From contig OZ024755.1 of NCBI GenBank assembly GCA_964016885.1, positions 806,001 through 870,000 of the forward strand: 64,000 nucleotides of DNA, read 5' to 3'. The position numbers were made by a program, and so were the translations under genes. The notes under the pieces were generated by a model that saw nothing but the letters and a program-made list of their open reading frames with translations, was not told the origin of the DNA and ran no database searches. The DNA is from Eledone cirrhosa. Its lineage: Eukaryota. This document shows positions 12,496 to 27,128 of the stretch, piece by piece (position 1 is the first letter of the stretch; every line of letters begins with the position of its first letter).

Positions 12496-13895
12496 CCTCA
12501 TTTATGTAGAATTTTGAAGTAGAAGAAAATCAGCAAGATAAGTCTGCCCCGACTCCTCCAATTTTACCATTGATTTTTTTTTGTCACATATTTCTTGGCT
12601 TATATACGAGTATATACTATACGATAATTTAAATTGTTATAGATGGATGGAAAACATACAAAGGATCTGAAGTTATAGAAGAATATAGTTTGAAATGGGA
12701 AGGATTGAGTATCATGTAAAGAAAAGTTGAGTCAAAGCAGAAGAAAAGGTATCTATAATATCATGTATAGTTTAGGTCAGAGATCAGGAATGTTTTTAAT
12801 CTAAAGAGCCATTTTTAGATTTAAAAGAAAATAATTTAGACTATTGGCACCACATAATTTATTATAAACAAAATTACATACAAGAAAACATGAATCTAGC
12901 TAAAGTTTTTCTTACCCAAAACGATTTTTGGCTTTGAATCTTATTTGAAATTAATTCAATGTCTGGGTCATTATAATGGTTTCTTGTTTTGGCACAAAAT
13001 CAACGCTTTAGTGGAGAGGGGGATAGTTGATTATATCAACCCTAATGCATTACTGGTACTTTATTTTATTGATCCCGTAAGGAAGAAAGACAAAGCTAAC
13101 CTCAACAGGATTTGAACTAACAAAGTAAAGGGCCGCAACTGATGATGATGGCGACGATGATGATGGTGGTGGTGGTGGTGGTGATGATGATGGTGACGAC
13201 GACGACGATGATGATGATAATGACCATGATAATGATGACAACAACCACAACTACAACAATTATCCAACAAAAATTACAAACAGCCAGGGTAACATTTGAC
13301 ACCACCGTATGGTGATAATGGATAATAAGGTTTTACAATGGTAAAGGTTGATTTTCTTGGAGGGATTTCCAACATCTCCAACAACTCCAATAATTCCAAC
13401 AACTCTAATATACTATACAAGACCTCCTCTCTGTCATTTCTAGACATTATAATAATTACAACAATAATTCTGTATTATATAAACCTATATCCATTGTGTT
13501 AACTACAAACAATAATAAACCTTTGTAATGTCTGAGCTTACCTATTAAGAGGACATCAAACCACGTCTATATATATCTCACTGGATAAATAGTTCTACGG
13601 TTTGTGTTCAATAGAATCAAAGATTTGTGGAATTGTATTGCAAAAAAAATCTATAAAAACACAGCAACAAAGAAAGAGTAAAGAGCAACCTTTAATGAAA
13701 AGACAACTTATTAATGATGTTAGCAGATCAAAAGTTGTCTTAGATTCTGTTTTAGGAAATATTTTTAATGTAAATAATTGCAAATATTGTATATAATAAA
13801 TATTCAACATTACATATATAATGTGTGAGTGTCTAAAAAGTAAACAGAAATAACAAAGCAAATGACACAGTACAATGAAGAAATATATTAGTTTA

Positions 13896-14180
13896 ATATT
13901 GTTATACTTTGGGAGGGTCATATTGTAATAATATTGCCAGAAATAATAACAGAACACACTCACTGTTTGGTTGGTTTTCACTTCTGTATCTTTTATATCT
14001 CCATAGTTGATTTATTTGGCAATCAATGTTTATCATTGACTGACCAACGGTTAAAAATACAGATATAAATATATACATATAGTCTATCAAAGTTCTTTCG
14101 TTGCACATCTGCAACATCCTCAGTGGTACTATTATGTTTCCTCCTATTGTATTGTACTATAATCTCTACGCCATTTTTGT
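13896..14180 (-). mobile_element. Retroelement terminal module (family H4): YY1-like motif, hammerhead motif, ORF start MTLPKYNNI
   Basis: Colinear homology in reverse with 46515-46772: atggcgtag, hammerhead core, aaccgt and a 26-nt identical atgaccctcccaaagtataacaatat. Confidence 0.7.
14085..14128 (-). ncRNA. Minimal type I hammerhead ribozyme motif (family H4)
   Basis: Minus strand: tacca CTGAGGA t gttgca-gatg-tgcaac GAAA gaac TT tgata; 6-bp stem II, stem I with one mismatch. Confidence 0.6.
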
Positions 14181-15044
14181 TTATTAGTTTAATGCTTGAA
14201 ATAAAAGGAAAAGAATCTTAATGTTTTGGACACTAGTCCTTCATTGGAAGATGGAATAAAAAATAAGATGAAATAGGGATCAACTTTGCCTTTCATCCAT
14301 TTAAGGTCGATAAAAAAAGTACCAGTCTAGTACTGGGGTCAATTCTTCCTCTATATCTCTTTCTCACTTCCATTCTCTCTCTCCTTCTCTGGAATAAATC
14401 TACTGTATTCAAACCTGGCGAGGAGATGGGCTCCATCAGGTTTTAAAATGCCCTAGAAATGCCATATGCCAATATGGCGCGCCTAAAACTTCCTCAGGAG
14501 TTATGGGCCCATACAAGATACAAGATATTTACCTAAAAATCTTCCATCAAAATTCTATATAAGAACCTTTTAAGTTAAGCTCTAAAACCCAGCTTAATAC
14601 TGAGAAGGTTAGTTGCATAGTTTTGTTTATTTTATAAATATATTATTTGGAAATCGTAGGTAATGTCTTTTATTAGAAATATGGTAAGAGAAGGGTTGAT
14701 GAAACTTAATCAATATTTTCAATATTTAGTCTCTTCAATTCTATATTTATATATCTGAATATTATCCCCAAGGAACATCACTGCTGTCTGATGGGAGATT
14801 ATCTTTCTAAGACTTAAAATATGATCTCTAACAATATGTCACATCCACTAAGATTTATATGAAAGAAATGAATATTCAAACTAAATAACATATTCTTCAT
14901 ATCCCTTTTGTTACAATTTCTAATGAAATACATAGCCTGGGTGTTTCAGTTGATTTTGAAAATAATGAAGAAATTGAAGAAATGTTAGTAAATATAGCTT
15001 AACTCTTTCATTATTAAGTTGATAAAGCTGATAAGAACAGACTA

Positions 15045-15247
15045 CAGTAATCGGTAGAGCATCCAACACCATGTTTCGTGGCATACAGTTTCAGCCCTTT
15101 ATGTTCTGAGTTCAAATTCTGCTGAGGTTACCTTTGCCTTTCTTCCTTATGGGATCGATAAAATAATGCACTGGGGTTGATTTAATTAACGTTTCCATAC
15201 TTCCCCTTCAAATCACTGGCTTTGTGCCAAAAGCAGAAACAATTATT
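15045..15247 (+). mobile_element. tRNA-derived SINE family A
   Basis: atcggtagag head, ctgagttcaaattc B-box, ctttgcctttc...tcgataaaata core, tgtgccaaaagcagaaacaattatt end. Confidence 0.8.
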
Positions 15248-15556
15248 AAGCCGATATTTGGAAAAGTTCTTAGATAGAATTATAATGGAAGGTCTTAACA
15301 TCAAATATATACACTTTGAAAGCAGCAGACTTGCTTCCTAACACCAGAAGCTGTTTCAGGTAGTTTAATATATCAAAAGTGTTTTACACCATGTCTTACA
15401 ACAATATAAATTTATTATACGTGTCTGTGGAATACTCAACCATTTACAAGTTTATTCATTAGTTAGACAGTTGGTTAACTAACTTAATATTTATCTTTGA
15501 AACTGACAGATGATCTATCATCAGGTCTGAAATTATTCTCAAAACCATTCTTACTT

Positions 15557-15828
15557 GTTAATATAAAGAATGATGTGTTCATGTTCATGTGTGGAACTGC
15601 TATGAAATAGTTTATAAAATAGAGAGAAGACCACCCCCAAAGATGAAAAAAGAAGTTGCCATCGGCTACCATGAGGAATTGAACCCCATATCTCCCAGGC
15701 ACCAGCTAGGAGATTTGGGATTCAACTCCTCATGGTAGCTGATAGGAGCTTCTTTTTCCATATTGGGGGTGGTCTTCTCTCTATTTTATAGCATCTCTGC
15801 ACATTAGCACACCATTCTTTATATTAAC
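15557..15828. repeat. Old imperfect fold-back (arms ~120-140 bp, 13-nt loop)
   Basis: tataaaatagagagaagaccacccccaa...ctaccatgagga...atctcc pairs with ggagat...tcctcatggtag...ttgggggtggtcttctctctattttata; outer gttaatataaagaatg/cattctttatattaac. Confidence 0.9.
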
Positions 15829-16339
15829 TTTATCCCCTCAGCACTTTGTAAAAGTCCAAGAGATTGGCTACGTATTCACAATGTTTGCAGATATTCTTAC
15901 TTTTATTCTTCCTCAAAGACAGAGTGGACAAGAATATATAAAGGTTATTCTAATGATAGAATGTTAAAGCAACTAGAAATTGATATTGTTTGGAGGTGAA
16001 CAGTGTAAAATCAGATGTTGGAATAGAATAAATAAAATATAAGAATGAATAGATGTATTTTATTTATTCAGAACACCATTTCGTTCCCTCTCATTTATAA
16101 ATCTTTGGTCTAGTGTTTGTGTAAGAAATCATTATAAGTACTATTATTATTATAACTGAAGTGGTTAGCTGGCACAAATAATGGAAGACCAGACTAAATG
16201 TCATACACGCTCTACTAGTTACTAAGAAACCAAGTGTTGATAAATGGCTTGTGAGTGTTGTGTAAACCATTTTTATACAGGGATGTTATCAACAAGATTG
16301 AGAGCTAGTAACATATTTACTGGAGAATTTAACATACAG

Positions 16340-16570
16340 ATAAATATCTATCATGGCTCTGATCTCAGGACTTTCCTGTTTATTACACATCTCCATACTG
16401 TAACAGAAGACTTCAAGACCAGCTCTACATGGAAATGCTAATATATATTGATACCCTCCCTAAGTGTCATAGTGAAATCAATCAAAGAAGTTGTAGTAAA
16501 ATTTCAAACATGGAGGCAGAGCCTAGAATCGAGAAGTCTGAAAGTTAACCTGGCAAGGACTAAGTGGTAA
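16340..16570 (+). mobile_element. Decayed RTE-clade RT fragment
   Basis: Translates with frameshifts to EDFKT...KFQTWRQSLESRSLKVNLARTK, matching the segment around and after the RTE YADD motif. Confidence 0.6.
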
Positions 16571-17555
16571 AAAACTCAGGAGAGCTGGGCAGCAGAAGGT
16601 CTTCAGAGAAGAGCATCCCCTCATCTCATGCAAGTGATTTGGCCCTTAACTTCTTACATTCTAAGGGGACCTGCCCACATCCAAGTCATGACTCTTGAGT
16701 GCCCTTCTACTGACAGTTTTTAACTACTTGGATATCAGAAACCTGATTGAGATTTTGTTGACAATATCTAACTGGAACTCCTTTCCATTGCTTCTGCTTT
16801 CATACTTATATGGTGGCAGCAGGAGTGGTGGTGGTGGTGGTGATGGTAATTTATTTCCATAAATAACTTCTGTGACACAGTACTGGACACTGGAATGGTG
16901 AGTTGATGTTGGGAGTTAAGTAGAATGACACAGTACTGGACACTGGTATGGTGAGTTGATGTTGGGAGTTCTTTACATAGAAACAATCTGTCAGTCCTTC
17001 TTCCTTGCCATTTATTAGGATAACATATCATATTCATTGTCTTGTTTGCCAGGACTATATTTGTGTGGCCCAGTGGTTAGGGTGATAGACTTATGATCAT
17101 AATGTCGTGGGTTTGATTCCTGGACTGGGTTGTGTGTTGTTATTGAGCACACAATAAATAAATAAATAAATAAATAAATAAATATGGCTACAAAGCCGAC
17201 TTTATAACTACACATCCATCATCATCATCACAGTGCTTATTATAGCTAATATAGTATATGATGTATGTGTGTAAAGGGAGTTAGTTATATTGTCAGAACC
17301 GGTAACGTGGTAAAGTGGCGATAAATTACATTGTGGTATTTAGGTATTTAGTTACGTTCCTTAGCGTTTGGAATTGCTATCCCTCACCGGTATTAACTAC
17401 TCCTTTTATCTTTTCAGAGTCGATAAAATCAGTAGCAATCAAGTGCTGGGGGTCGAGTGAATTTGACTGTTTCCCTGACCCGAATTTGTGGCCTTATGCC
17501 AATACTAGAAATCAATATATGTATATGTGTGAACTGTTCTGTTTGTGAGGGCATA

Positions 17556-18166
17556 ACACTCCGAGGGAAATACAGTGTATATACTGCCAGGTGGTGGTGG
17601 TGGTGGTGGTGACAGTGGTGGTGGTGGTGACAGTGGTGGTGGTGGTGGTGGTGGTGGTGACAGTGGTGGTGGTGGTGGTGACAGTGGTGGTGGTGGTGAA
17701 CACTCCGAGGGAAATACAGTGTATATACTGCCAGGTGGTGGTGACAGTGGTGGTGGTGGTGGTGGTGGTGACAGTGGTGGTGGTGGTGGTGGTGACAGTG
17801 GTGGTGGTGGTGAACACTCCGAGGGAAATACAGTGTATATACTGCCAGGTGGTGGTGACAGTGGTGGTGGTGGTGGTGACAGTGGTGGCGGTGGTGGTGA
17901 CAGTGGTGGTGGTGGTGGTGGTGACAGTGGTGGTGGTGGTGAACACTCCGAGGGAAATACAGTGTATATACTGCCAGGTGGTGGTGACAGTGGTGGTGGT
18001 GGTGGTGACAGTGGTGGTGGTGGTGACAGTGGTGGTGGTGGTGGTGACAGTGGTGGTGGTGGTGGTGACAGTGGTGGTGGTGGTGGTGGTGACAGTGGTG
18101 GTGGTGGTGGTGACAGTGGTGGTGGTGGTGAACACTCCGAGGGAAGTACAGTGTATATACTGCCAA
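17556..18166. repeat. Compound minisatellite: 5 copies of a ~35-bp constant unit separated by variable-length (GGT)n/GACAGT tracts
   Basis: aacactccgagggaaatacagtgtatatactgcca at ~17556, 17699, 17813, 17942 and 18131. Confidence 0.92.
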
Positions 18167-18436
18167 TAAATTGTACGCATGTGTGCAGCAAATGGTAGGA
18201 AGAAGGAGGAGGAGGAGGAGGAGAGAGAGAGAGATGTTGTGTATGGGAGAAAGAGAAAAAGGAATATGTGTAGAGAGGGAGAGAGGAATGTATGCAGAGG
18301 AAGAGAAAAGAAGAGAGAGAGGGGGAAGGTTGTATGCAGAGGAATGGATGGGGAGAGAGAGAGAGGGGAGTAATATGTGCAGAGAATGAGGGAGAGGAAA
18401 AGAGAGAGGAATACATGGAGAGAGAGAAAAATAGAA

Positions 18437-19665
<1,229 letters not shown>

Positions 19666-20204
19666 GAGAGAGATAGTGAAAAATGAAGGAAATTCCTTGG
19701 AACAAATATATATGTATATACTACTACTACTACTTCTATTGCTACTATTACCTTTCAGTAGTAAAAATATCTTATAATATTTAGTTCTTTTTCTTTTCTT
19801 TCTCTCATTTTTGTTTTATTGTTCATCATGCCTGCTTTCCAACTAACTACTTCCAAACAACTACCTTTGTCATTTGAAATTAGAATCTTTCACAGCACAC
19901 CTCAAGAAACACTTGGAGACAATTTCAAATTAAGCAAAAAAGACCCCCACAAAAAAAACTATGCCACCTTTAATAAAAATAAGAAAAAATCTAATGTAAA
20001 ATTCGAGAAAGAAAATCTGTTCCTTCATTGCTTGGCTGGCTTCTTCTATTTCTTTGTAAGATACTTTCTGAACATATATATATATATATATCTGTTCTTT
20101 ATGTATGTTGTATGGATATATATATATACACATATATATATATCTGTTCTTTATGTATGTTGTATGGATATATATATACACACATATATATATACACACA
20201 TATA

Positions 20205-21914
20205 CAGTATTTTTACTGTCGAAAACCAGAATGTACCATCACCACCATCTCTAACATCAAATTCCATAACAACTATGGAGTTTACACCTGCAATGTTGCG
20301 ACGTCACCTTAAGAATAAGCGCAACTATGCCTCCCCTGGTCTTGATGGTGTTACATACCTGCTTCTCAAACGTGGCGGGTATTTCCTTTTGCGCCAGCTT
20401 TCGTTCTTCTTTCAATACTGTCTCAACAATGGTGCTACTCCGGAGCACTGGAAAACTGCCGGTGTCATTCTCCTGTTCAAAAAGGAGCGACCGCACGTCA
20501 CCTGTCAACTATCGTCCAGTCAGTCTTACTAGCTGTATTGCCAAACTGATGGAATCCTGTGTCAGAGAAACACTTTGGAACTTCTGGAGCTCTCACAGCC
20601 TCATCCGGCCCTCACAGTTTGGATTTATCCCTAACTCCAGCTGCTGTGATCAGCTTATCGAGTTCCTTGAGGACATCACCCGGATCACTGACAGCGGCTC
20701 ATGGGTGGATGTTGTTTACCTTGACTTTGCTAAGGCTTTTAATTCTGTGCCACACAAAAGGCTTATGGCAAAACTCTCTGCAATGGGTGTGAGGGATGAT
20801 CTTTTCAACTGGTTGAAATCCTTCATTCTCAGCCGAAAAGAGGTAGTCACGGTTCTAGGACAGCATTCTTCACCATATGAGATGTCTGTTCTTGGTCCCC
20901 TTTTGTTTGTGGCATATATTAATAACATAGATGCCAACTTACAGAATGCCACGGTACTGAAATATGCAGATGACATCAAGCTGTACCTTGAAATCAAAAG
21001 GACAGATCCTGAAATCTACAACTCTTTCCTACAATCAGACCTGGACACAATGCAGCAATGGATCACAGACTGGCAACTGAAGCTGGCTGTGGACAAGTGT
21101 ACCACCATGCATTTTTGGAGGAAAAATCCAGCATCCACATACTCCCTCCACAACACTGATATCAAGAAGTCCTCTTGTGAACGTGACCTGGGCATTACTG
21201 TCAGCAGCAATTTGCGTTGGACAAAGCACATCTCTAAAATTGTCAAGAAGGCCGAGAGTATCTTGGCATCACTCAGCAAGACCTTTGTTAGCCGCTCTCC
21301 AGCCATCTATTTAAAGCTGTATGCAGCTATGGTACGACCACACTTGGAATTCGCATCATCAGTCTGGAACCCCTATCTTGCTCAGAACATTGACCGCCTG
21401 GAAACTGTTCAGAGACGTGCAACCAAGCGCATACCCTCCATCAGACACCTACCATACTCTGAATGCCTTGCTTCCCTGGGCATGGATTCATTGAAGCTCC
21501 GACGTCTGGCAATGGACTTGGTAAACACCCACAAAGTTATTAACCATCTCGCAAACAACAACCCTGAGCACCTTTTTGATCTCCATGTGTCTAACACACG
21601 TGGACATGTCTACAAAATCAGAAAACAGCACAGCTCCCATGACTTTCGGAAACATTTTTTCATGCTCAGAGTTGCTGAAGCATGGAACAAACTACCCACG
21701 TCAGTTGTTAGCTACCGAGACACTGCATCCTTTAAAACCCTCATGCTTCCCGAAATACGCCAAAACTACACCTGATGTACCCCTTCCATACACATGCACA
21801 CATGTGTATATCATGACTCATGCACTGTTCATTTTCCTGGTGTTTGTACATTACCCTATATACTATACATACACTTTTTGATGAGTTGTAGTGCACCTGA
21901 GCATTATTATTATT
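20205..21914 (+). mobile_element. CR1-type LINE, 5'-truncated, RT and C-terminus plus 3' UTR ending in (ATT)n
   Basis: SIFTVEN...SPGLDG...NYRPVSLTS...YLDFAKAFNSVPH...SVLGPLLF...YADDIKL...RPHLEFASSVW...TRGH...WNKLP; frameshift near 20485; GVPQG motif absent. Confidence 0.92.
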
Positions 21915-21973
21915 TATACACACATATATATATATATCTGTTCTTTATGTATGTTGTATGGATATATATATAT

Positions 21974-22032
<59 letters not shown>

Positions 22033-22332
22033 CTTGTCATGTATCATTATATATATATATATATATATTGCAGAGGGATCTATCTATATTTTGTGATTTT
22101 ATTGTAATACAATATCAAACTAAATTACTAAATTAAATAGTGCTGGTGGTGATGATGATGGTGGTGTTGGTGGTGATGATGATGGTGGTGTTGGTGGAAG
22201 TGGTGCTGGTGGTGGTGTTAGTGGTGGAGGTGGTGGTGTTTGCAGAGATGGTGGTATCAGTAGATATGTGAAGTTAGTGAAGGTATGTTATGCTTCTGCC
22301 AGTAATTTCAATAATACTGTTGATGTTACTGC

Positions 22333-22376
<44 letters not shown>

Positions 22377-22834
22377 AAACTGCCATTACATTAGTAATTA
22401 ATTAGGCTTGAGTTTAAAAGTTATAATGACTTTTGTTCTATGAAGCCAGCACGATGAAGGAACAAAGGTTGAATAAGAACCCTGAGGATTTACTTTCCTC
22501 TCGTTATTTGTTTTAAATATTCCACATAATGAGTAACAGTCCATTAACTACACACTGATAGCTGTGGAGTACTCATCCAGACATACACCGTCACAGGTAT
22601 GGCTGTGTGGTGAGGGGAGTTTCACAACCACGTGTTCTAGGGTTCAATGTCACTCTATGTCATTCTGTTTGTGTTTCTGTGGAATACTCAGCCACTTTAA
22701 ATTAAACACACAAACATGGCTGTGTGATTAAAGGAGTTTGCTTCATAACCACATACCAGATGGTTATAAAGGAGGACTGTGTACATGGTTTAGTGCTGGA
22801 TTTATGATGAGAGTTACTGTTAGGTTGTAGAGGT

Positions 22835-23085
22835 ATATGGCTTTGTGGTAATGGTGTTGGACTTATGATCATAATGTCATGGGTTCAATACCTGGACAAG
22901 TTTGTGTGTTGTGTTCTTGAGCAAAACACTTCATTTCACATTGCTCCAGTATAAAAAAAATTTGGGGCTTTAACCCTGCAATGGACTGGTGTCCTGTCCA
23001 GGAGGAAGTCATGTACTCTCAGTTGCTTCATACCACAGAAACTGGGGTAGGCACCAACCAGATAAGCCTCTGGGCTTAAAACAGT
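22835..23085 (+). mobile_element. tRNA-derived SINE family B (CORE-like central domain), fullest copy
   Basis: A-box-like tggctttgtgg, B-box gggttcaatacc, then gtgttcttgagcaaaacacttcatttcacattgctccagt, which resembles the CORE domain. Other copies at ~17062, ~26450, ~29060, ~30512, ~52440 (+) and ~32820, ~37985-38190 (-). Confidence 0.72.
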
Positions 23086-24274
23086 CTTTAGACATTTTTA
23101 TAGTGTAGGTGCAGCCAACATTGTTTTCACATGAAAGACCAGTTGTTTAAAAGTATTTAGTAAATGACTGTAGATTATTTTGTTCCCATCAGTGTTAAAT
23201 GAATTATTCAAGTTCCATTATTATAATTAATGTTAACCACATTGATTTGTAATAGAAATATTTGTGATGCACTTAAATATAAAATGCATTCAGTAAGTAA
23301 TTTCATTAGAGAGAAATAACAACCCCGGGATAGAGTTTTTAATTGCAGTTGTTGCAATTAAAGCAATTAAGGATGATTCGGGCACTTTGAATAACATGAA
23401 GGATGTTTTTATACGAAAATTATGTCATTAAAACACATTTTTATTTGCAATCTGATAGAAATTACTCTGCAAAATAAGCAGAGATTTTTAAACATTAAGT
23501 AAGCAACTAATGTCAAGTTTCTGCCTGCTACAGGTTACATGCTACCAGTACAACCTGCTTCATGGTCAAGTGGTCAATAACTAAATCAGCTCCCCCACCA
23601 GACCATGGGCAGGTTAGGTTTCTGTGCATTTCTGTTATTTCATTAGAAATAAGGTCAGGAATGAGTTAAGACAAAATCATCATCATCATCGTTCTATGTC
23701 CATTTCTCCAGACTGGCATGGGTTAGACGATTGCACTATAGTCTAATCTCTTGACTTCATTGTTAGAATTTTGTTTGGTTGGAATATCTGTCAGATAATT
23801 TGTTGGTTAATGGAGTTTAACAGTTCGACAACAAAAGATTTTGGTAATTCATTCCTCACTGTCACTAGAAGAAAACTTGTGATTAAAATATTTTGACAGA
23901 GTTGATCACATTATCTCTCATCTGATAATTGATTTTAATAATAAAAATAATAATCAAACTTTTGAAACATGTCCAAAATAGTTCATTCCTAGTGAATATC
24001 TGTTTGTGTGTGTGTTGTACATATGTGTGTTTGTATATATGCGATGGTAGTGAGTGTATGTGTGTATATGTATGTGTGTGTATGTGTTGTAATGTCTGTG
24101 TGCCACTGGGTGTATGTCTGTATGTATATGTAGGATTGGGGTGGAATGTATGTGTATATATGTGAGTGGGGGTCAAGTGTGTGTATATATATGTGTGTAT
24201 ATATATATGTGTAAGTGTTTGGAATTCTCCACTTGCTTCTGTTAATATAATATTGATTGCTTACTTTGGCCTTT

Positions 24275-24508
24275 TTAACCCTCTCGTTACCATATTTCTA
24301 ATAATAAAGACACTGCCTATCATTTCCATATAATTTTGAAAATAATCAAGAATTTTAAAGCTGTTTTTTAAATATAACAACAAAAGTTTTTTACATAAAT
24401 TTATGGTTGGAAGGTTTAAATATCTATGTATATAAACACGTTAAAATAAATAGATTTGTGTCATAAAACCAAGTGTGGTTTCAGGTGGTTTGGTGTCAGA
24501 AGAGTTAA
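24275..24508 (+). mobile_element. TTAA-flanked MITE (piggyBac-like)
   Basis: TTAA-ccctctcg ... cagaagag-TTAA; internal homology with 60948-61196. Confidence 0.65.
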
Positions 24509-24767
24509 ATTGGTAGAAGGCTATATATTTATTGGGTTGAGATTATGTAAGTTGAGTTATTGATCCTCAGTATATTATTAAATCTTACTTTATTGATCAG
24601 CCTCAGCTGAATAAACTGTAAATTCAACAACAGAGGATTTGAACCTAGAATCTAAAGAGATGTAATTGCCTGGTGCTCCTCTAATTCTTCCATTAAGTAC
24701 TCTCTTCTTTGGTGGAATTTGAACTCAGAACATTTTTACCTGACATCAGATTTGAACTCAGAACATA

Positions 24768-24933
24768 TGACGGTGGGCTGAAAAGTTCAAGATACTCTCA
24801 TGGAATAACCAAATAGTACCTGGAAAGAAACAATGCAGTTATTAAGAAAAGAGTTGAAATTAATACATGCAAGATTTCACAACTCTAGCATCACTCCTTC
24901 ATAGTCAGCCTATGAACTTTCACATGATCCTCA
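24768..24933 (+). mobile_element. Tc1/mariner-type MITE nested in a SINE family A copy, TA target duplication
   Basis: Ends tgacggtgggctgaaaagttca / tgaacttttcacatgatcctca flanked by TA; homologous to 61244-61441. Removing it restores gaactcagaaca-ta-gacagtcataacgaaatac of the SINE. Confidence 0.78.
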
Positions 24934-25744
24934 TAGACAGTCATAACGAAATACTACGAAACATGTTGTCCGATGCCCTATTATTGCCAATTCTCTCTAT
25001 AAACGTAATAGTAAATCATCATAGATTGTCTTTTCATTTCTGACTCACCTATGTGAGATTTGAAAAGTTGACATCAGTAGGATTTGAACTCAGAGAGTCT
25101 GAACAAGCACTACAAAGTATTTTGTCCTACACTCTATCAACTCTGCCAAATTTGCATATGAAGAAATAATTAAATGACTATAAATATCTTTAATTTAGTT
25201 GTTTTAGGCCTGCCAAATTAAATGTAAAAGTTAGTAAATCATAAAGCTTAGCAAATTGTATTTAAGATGCTTCTTGATTTCAAATTAGTAAAGAATAGAT
25301 AATTTAAATAGAGAAACGAAACTTTAATCTAATTGTAAAGTTAGCGATAGTTCTTAGTAAAATGTCTTCTACTCACTCTCTGGTGTTTTGTCTCTTACTC
25401 TAGTCTTTTCACAAATTAAATTAACCTTAAGATCACTACTACTAGAAACAATGGGACATTAAACAGATAATGTTTTTTTTTTAGGTGTACTTGGAAGTTA
25501 TATTCAATGGAAGTCAGAATTACAATTCTACTTCTTAACATGTTTGCATCATTTAGACTTGATTTGAAAATTCTACTGAAATTGTTTAGCAATCTTTCTT
25601 AAGTTCTTTTGACAACACAGGATCTAAAAAGAAAATGAAGTATTGTGGCTAAGAGTAAGAGATTAATGAAGTTAAGTGGCATGAAGAAGATAGCATAGAA
25701 GAATCTCAGAAGGAAAAGTTGTTTGTGTTATAACACAGTAAGAG

Positions 25745-25930
25745 GATGGTGGATTGGCAGAAATATTAGAACAATGGACAACATGCTTTGCAGCTCAGAG
25801 TTACATCCCTTTGTGTTCTGAGTTCAAATCTTGTTGATGTTAGCTTTGCTTTTCATCCTCACAGGGTCGATAAAATAAAATACCAGTAATGTACTGGGGT
25901 TGATTTAATTGACTTTCCCCTCCCCCAAAA
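25745..25930 (+). mobile_element. tRNA-derived SINE family A
   Basis: ggtggattggcagaa head, ctgagttcaaatc B-box, gggtcgataaaataaaataccagt core. Confidence 0.8.
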
Positions 25931-26624
25931 TGTTTTGCAGTATTTGCTAAGGCCTGAACACGTCTCTTGTTGACCCACATGAAGGGCAATCTGGTATGGT
26001 TCTATTTTCATGCAGTTTTGGTGGTCTTATTTGCGATATATATTTATAGAAAGAAACATTTCTCTACCAAGATAGAAAATTGTTTCAACATAAAAAATGT
26101 CAGTTTAAATTGTTTGCAAGTATAATGAATGAATAAATAAATAAATAATTAAAATAATCAATAAATAATGAAATTAATTACCTATTGATGAGAAATAGTC
26201 AGCAGATACTAATGTGTCTGATAAACTTGTTTATAGTTACTGTTTTAAATGGTGTTGTTGTTGTTGATGTTGTTACTATTGTTGTTACTGATGTTGCTGC
26301 TGCTATAATTTAACCCCAGGCCAAAGTTGAATGAGCAGACACATATGATCAAAATATTCCAACCATGACCATCTTGTCGTTTTAGAGATATGTAGGACTA
26401 CATTATTTAATATGTGTTCTTTGTTTAAAAAGAATTGTAAAGTATTGGTGTGTGGCCCAGTGGTGTGTTGGACCCACAGTCATAACTGTGGGTTTCATTC
26501 CTCAACTGGCTTCTGTGTTGTGTTCTTCAAGAAAAACGTTATTTTTTACAATAATTTTATAAACATGAATATTATTTAAAAATTCATATTTATTTTTTTA
26601 TAACCAAGAGTTGATGCAATGATA

Positions 26625-26845
26625 AAATACACCCAGTACACTCTGTAATGGGATTACATTTTGGAAGAGCATTCAGCCATAGAAACCATGCCTTATATGG
26701 AATATATGAAGATGTGATACTACAACTCATCTGGGAAGGAAGTAAGCTCTGAACAAGAACTGACTTGGACTGTGACATGTCCAACCCATGCCAACATAGA
26801 AAACTGATGTAAAATAATGATGATGATGATGATGATGATGATGGG
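26625..26845 (+). mobile_element. RTE-type 3' tail fragment with (GAT)n
   Basis: cacccagtacactctgtaa...gtccaacccatgccaacatagaaaactgatgtaaaataatgatgat resembles the 3' end of the 43.5-44.2 kb RTE. Confidence 0.7.
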
Positions 26846-27039
26846 GATTGTGATGGTGATCATGATAGTTATGATGATGATGATTGTAAAAACATCCCAG
26901 ATTATCACTGCATGTATTGTGTCAGGAAATGTTTTTTTTTATTCTAAAAGGATGTTTTTGATACTGACAATAACCCCCACAAAATATTCTCTTCTTTCTT
27001 TAATATTGAGAGTTTGTACAGGAGGTAAACACACACACA

Positions 27040-27128
<89 letters not shown>

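Noticed and set aside
15497-15530. Minus-strand CTGATGA
   Set aside because: Part of a short imperfect palindrome; no correctly placed GAAA.
17556-18166. CRISPR-like array (35-bp repeats with spacers)
   Set aside because: Spacers are low-complexity (GGT)n variants of one another with very variable length; eukaryotic context and no cas genes.
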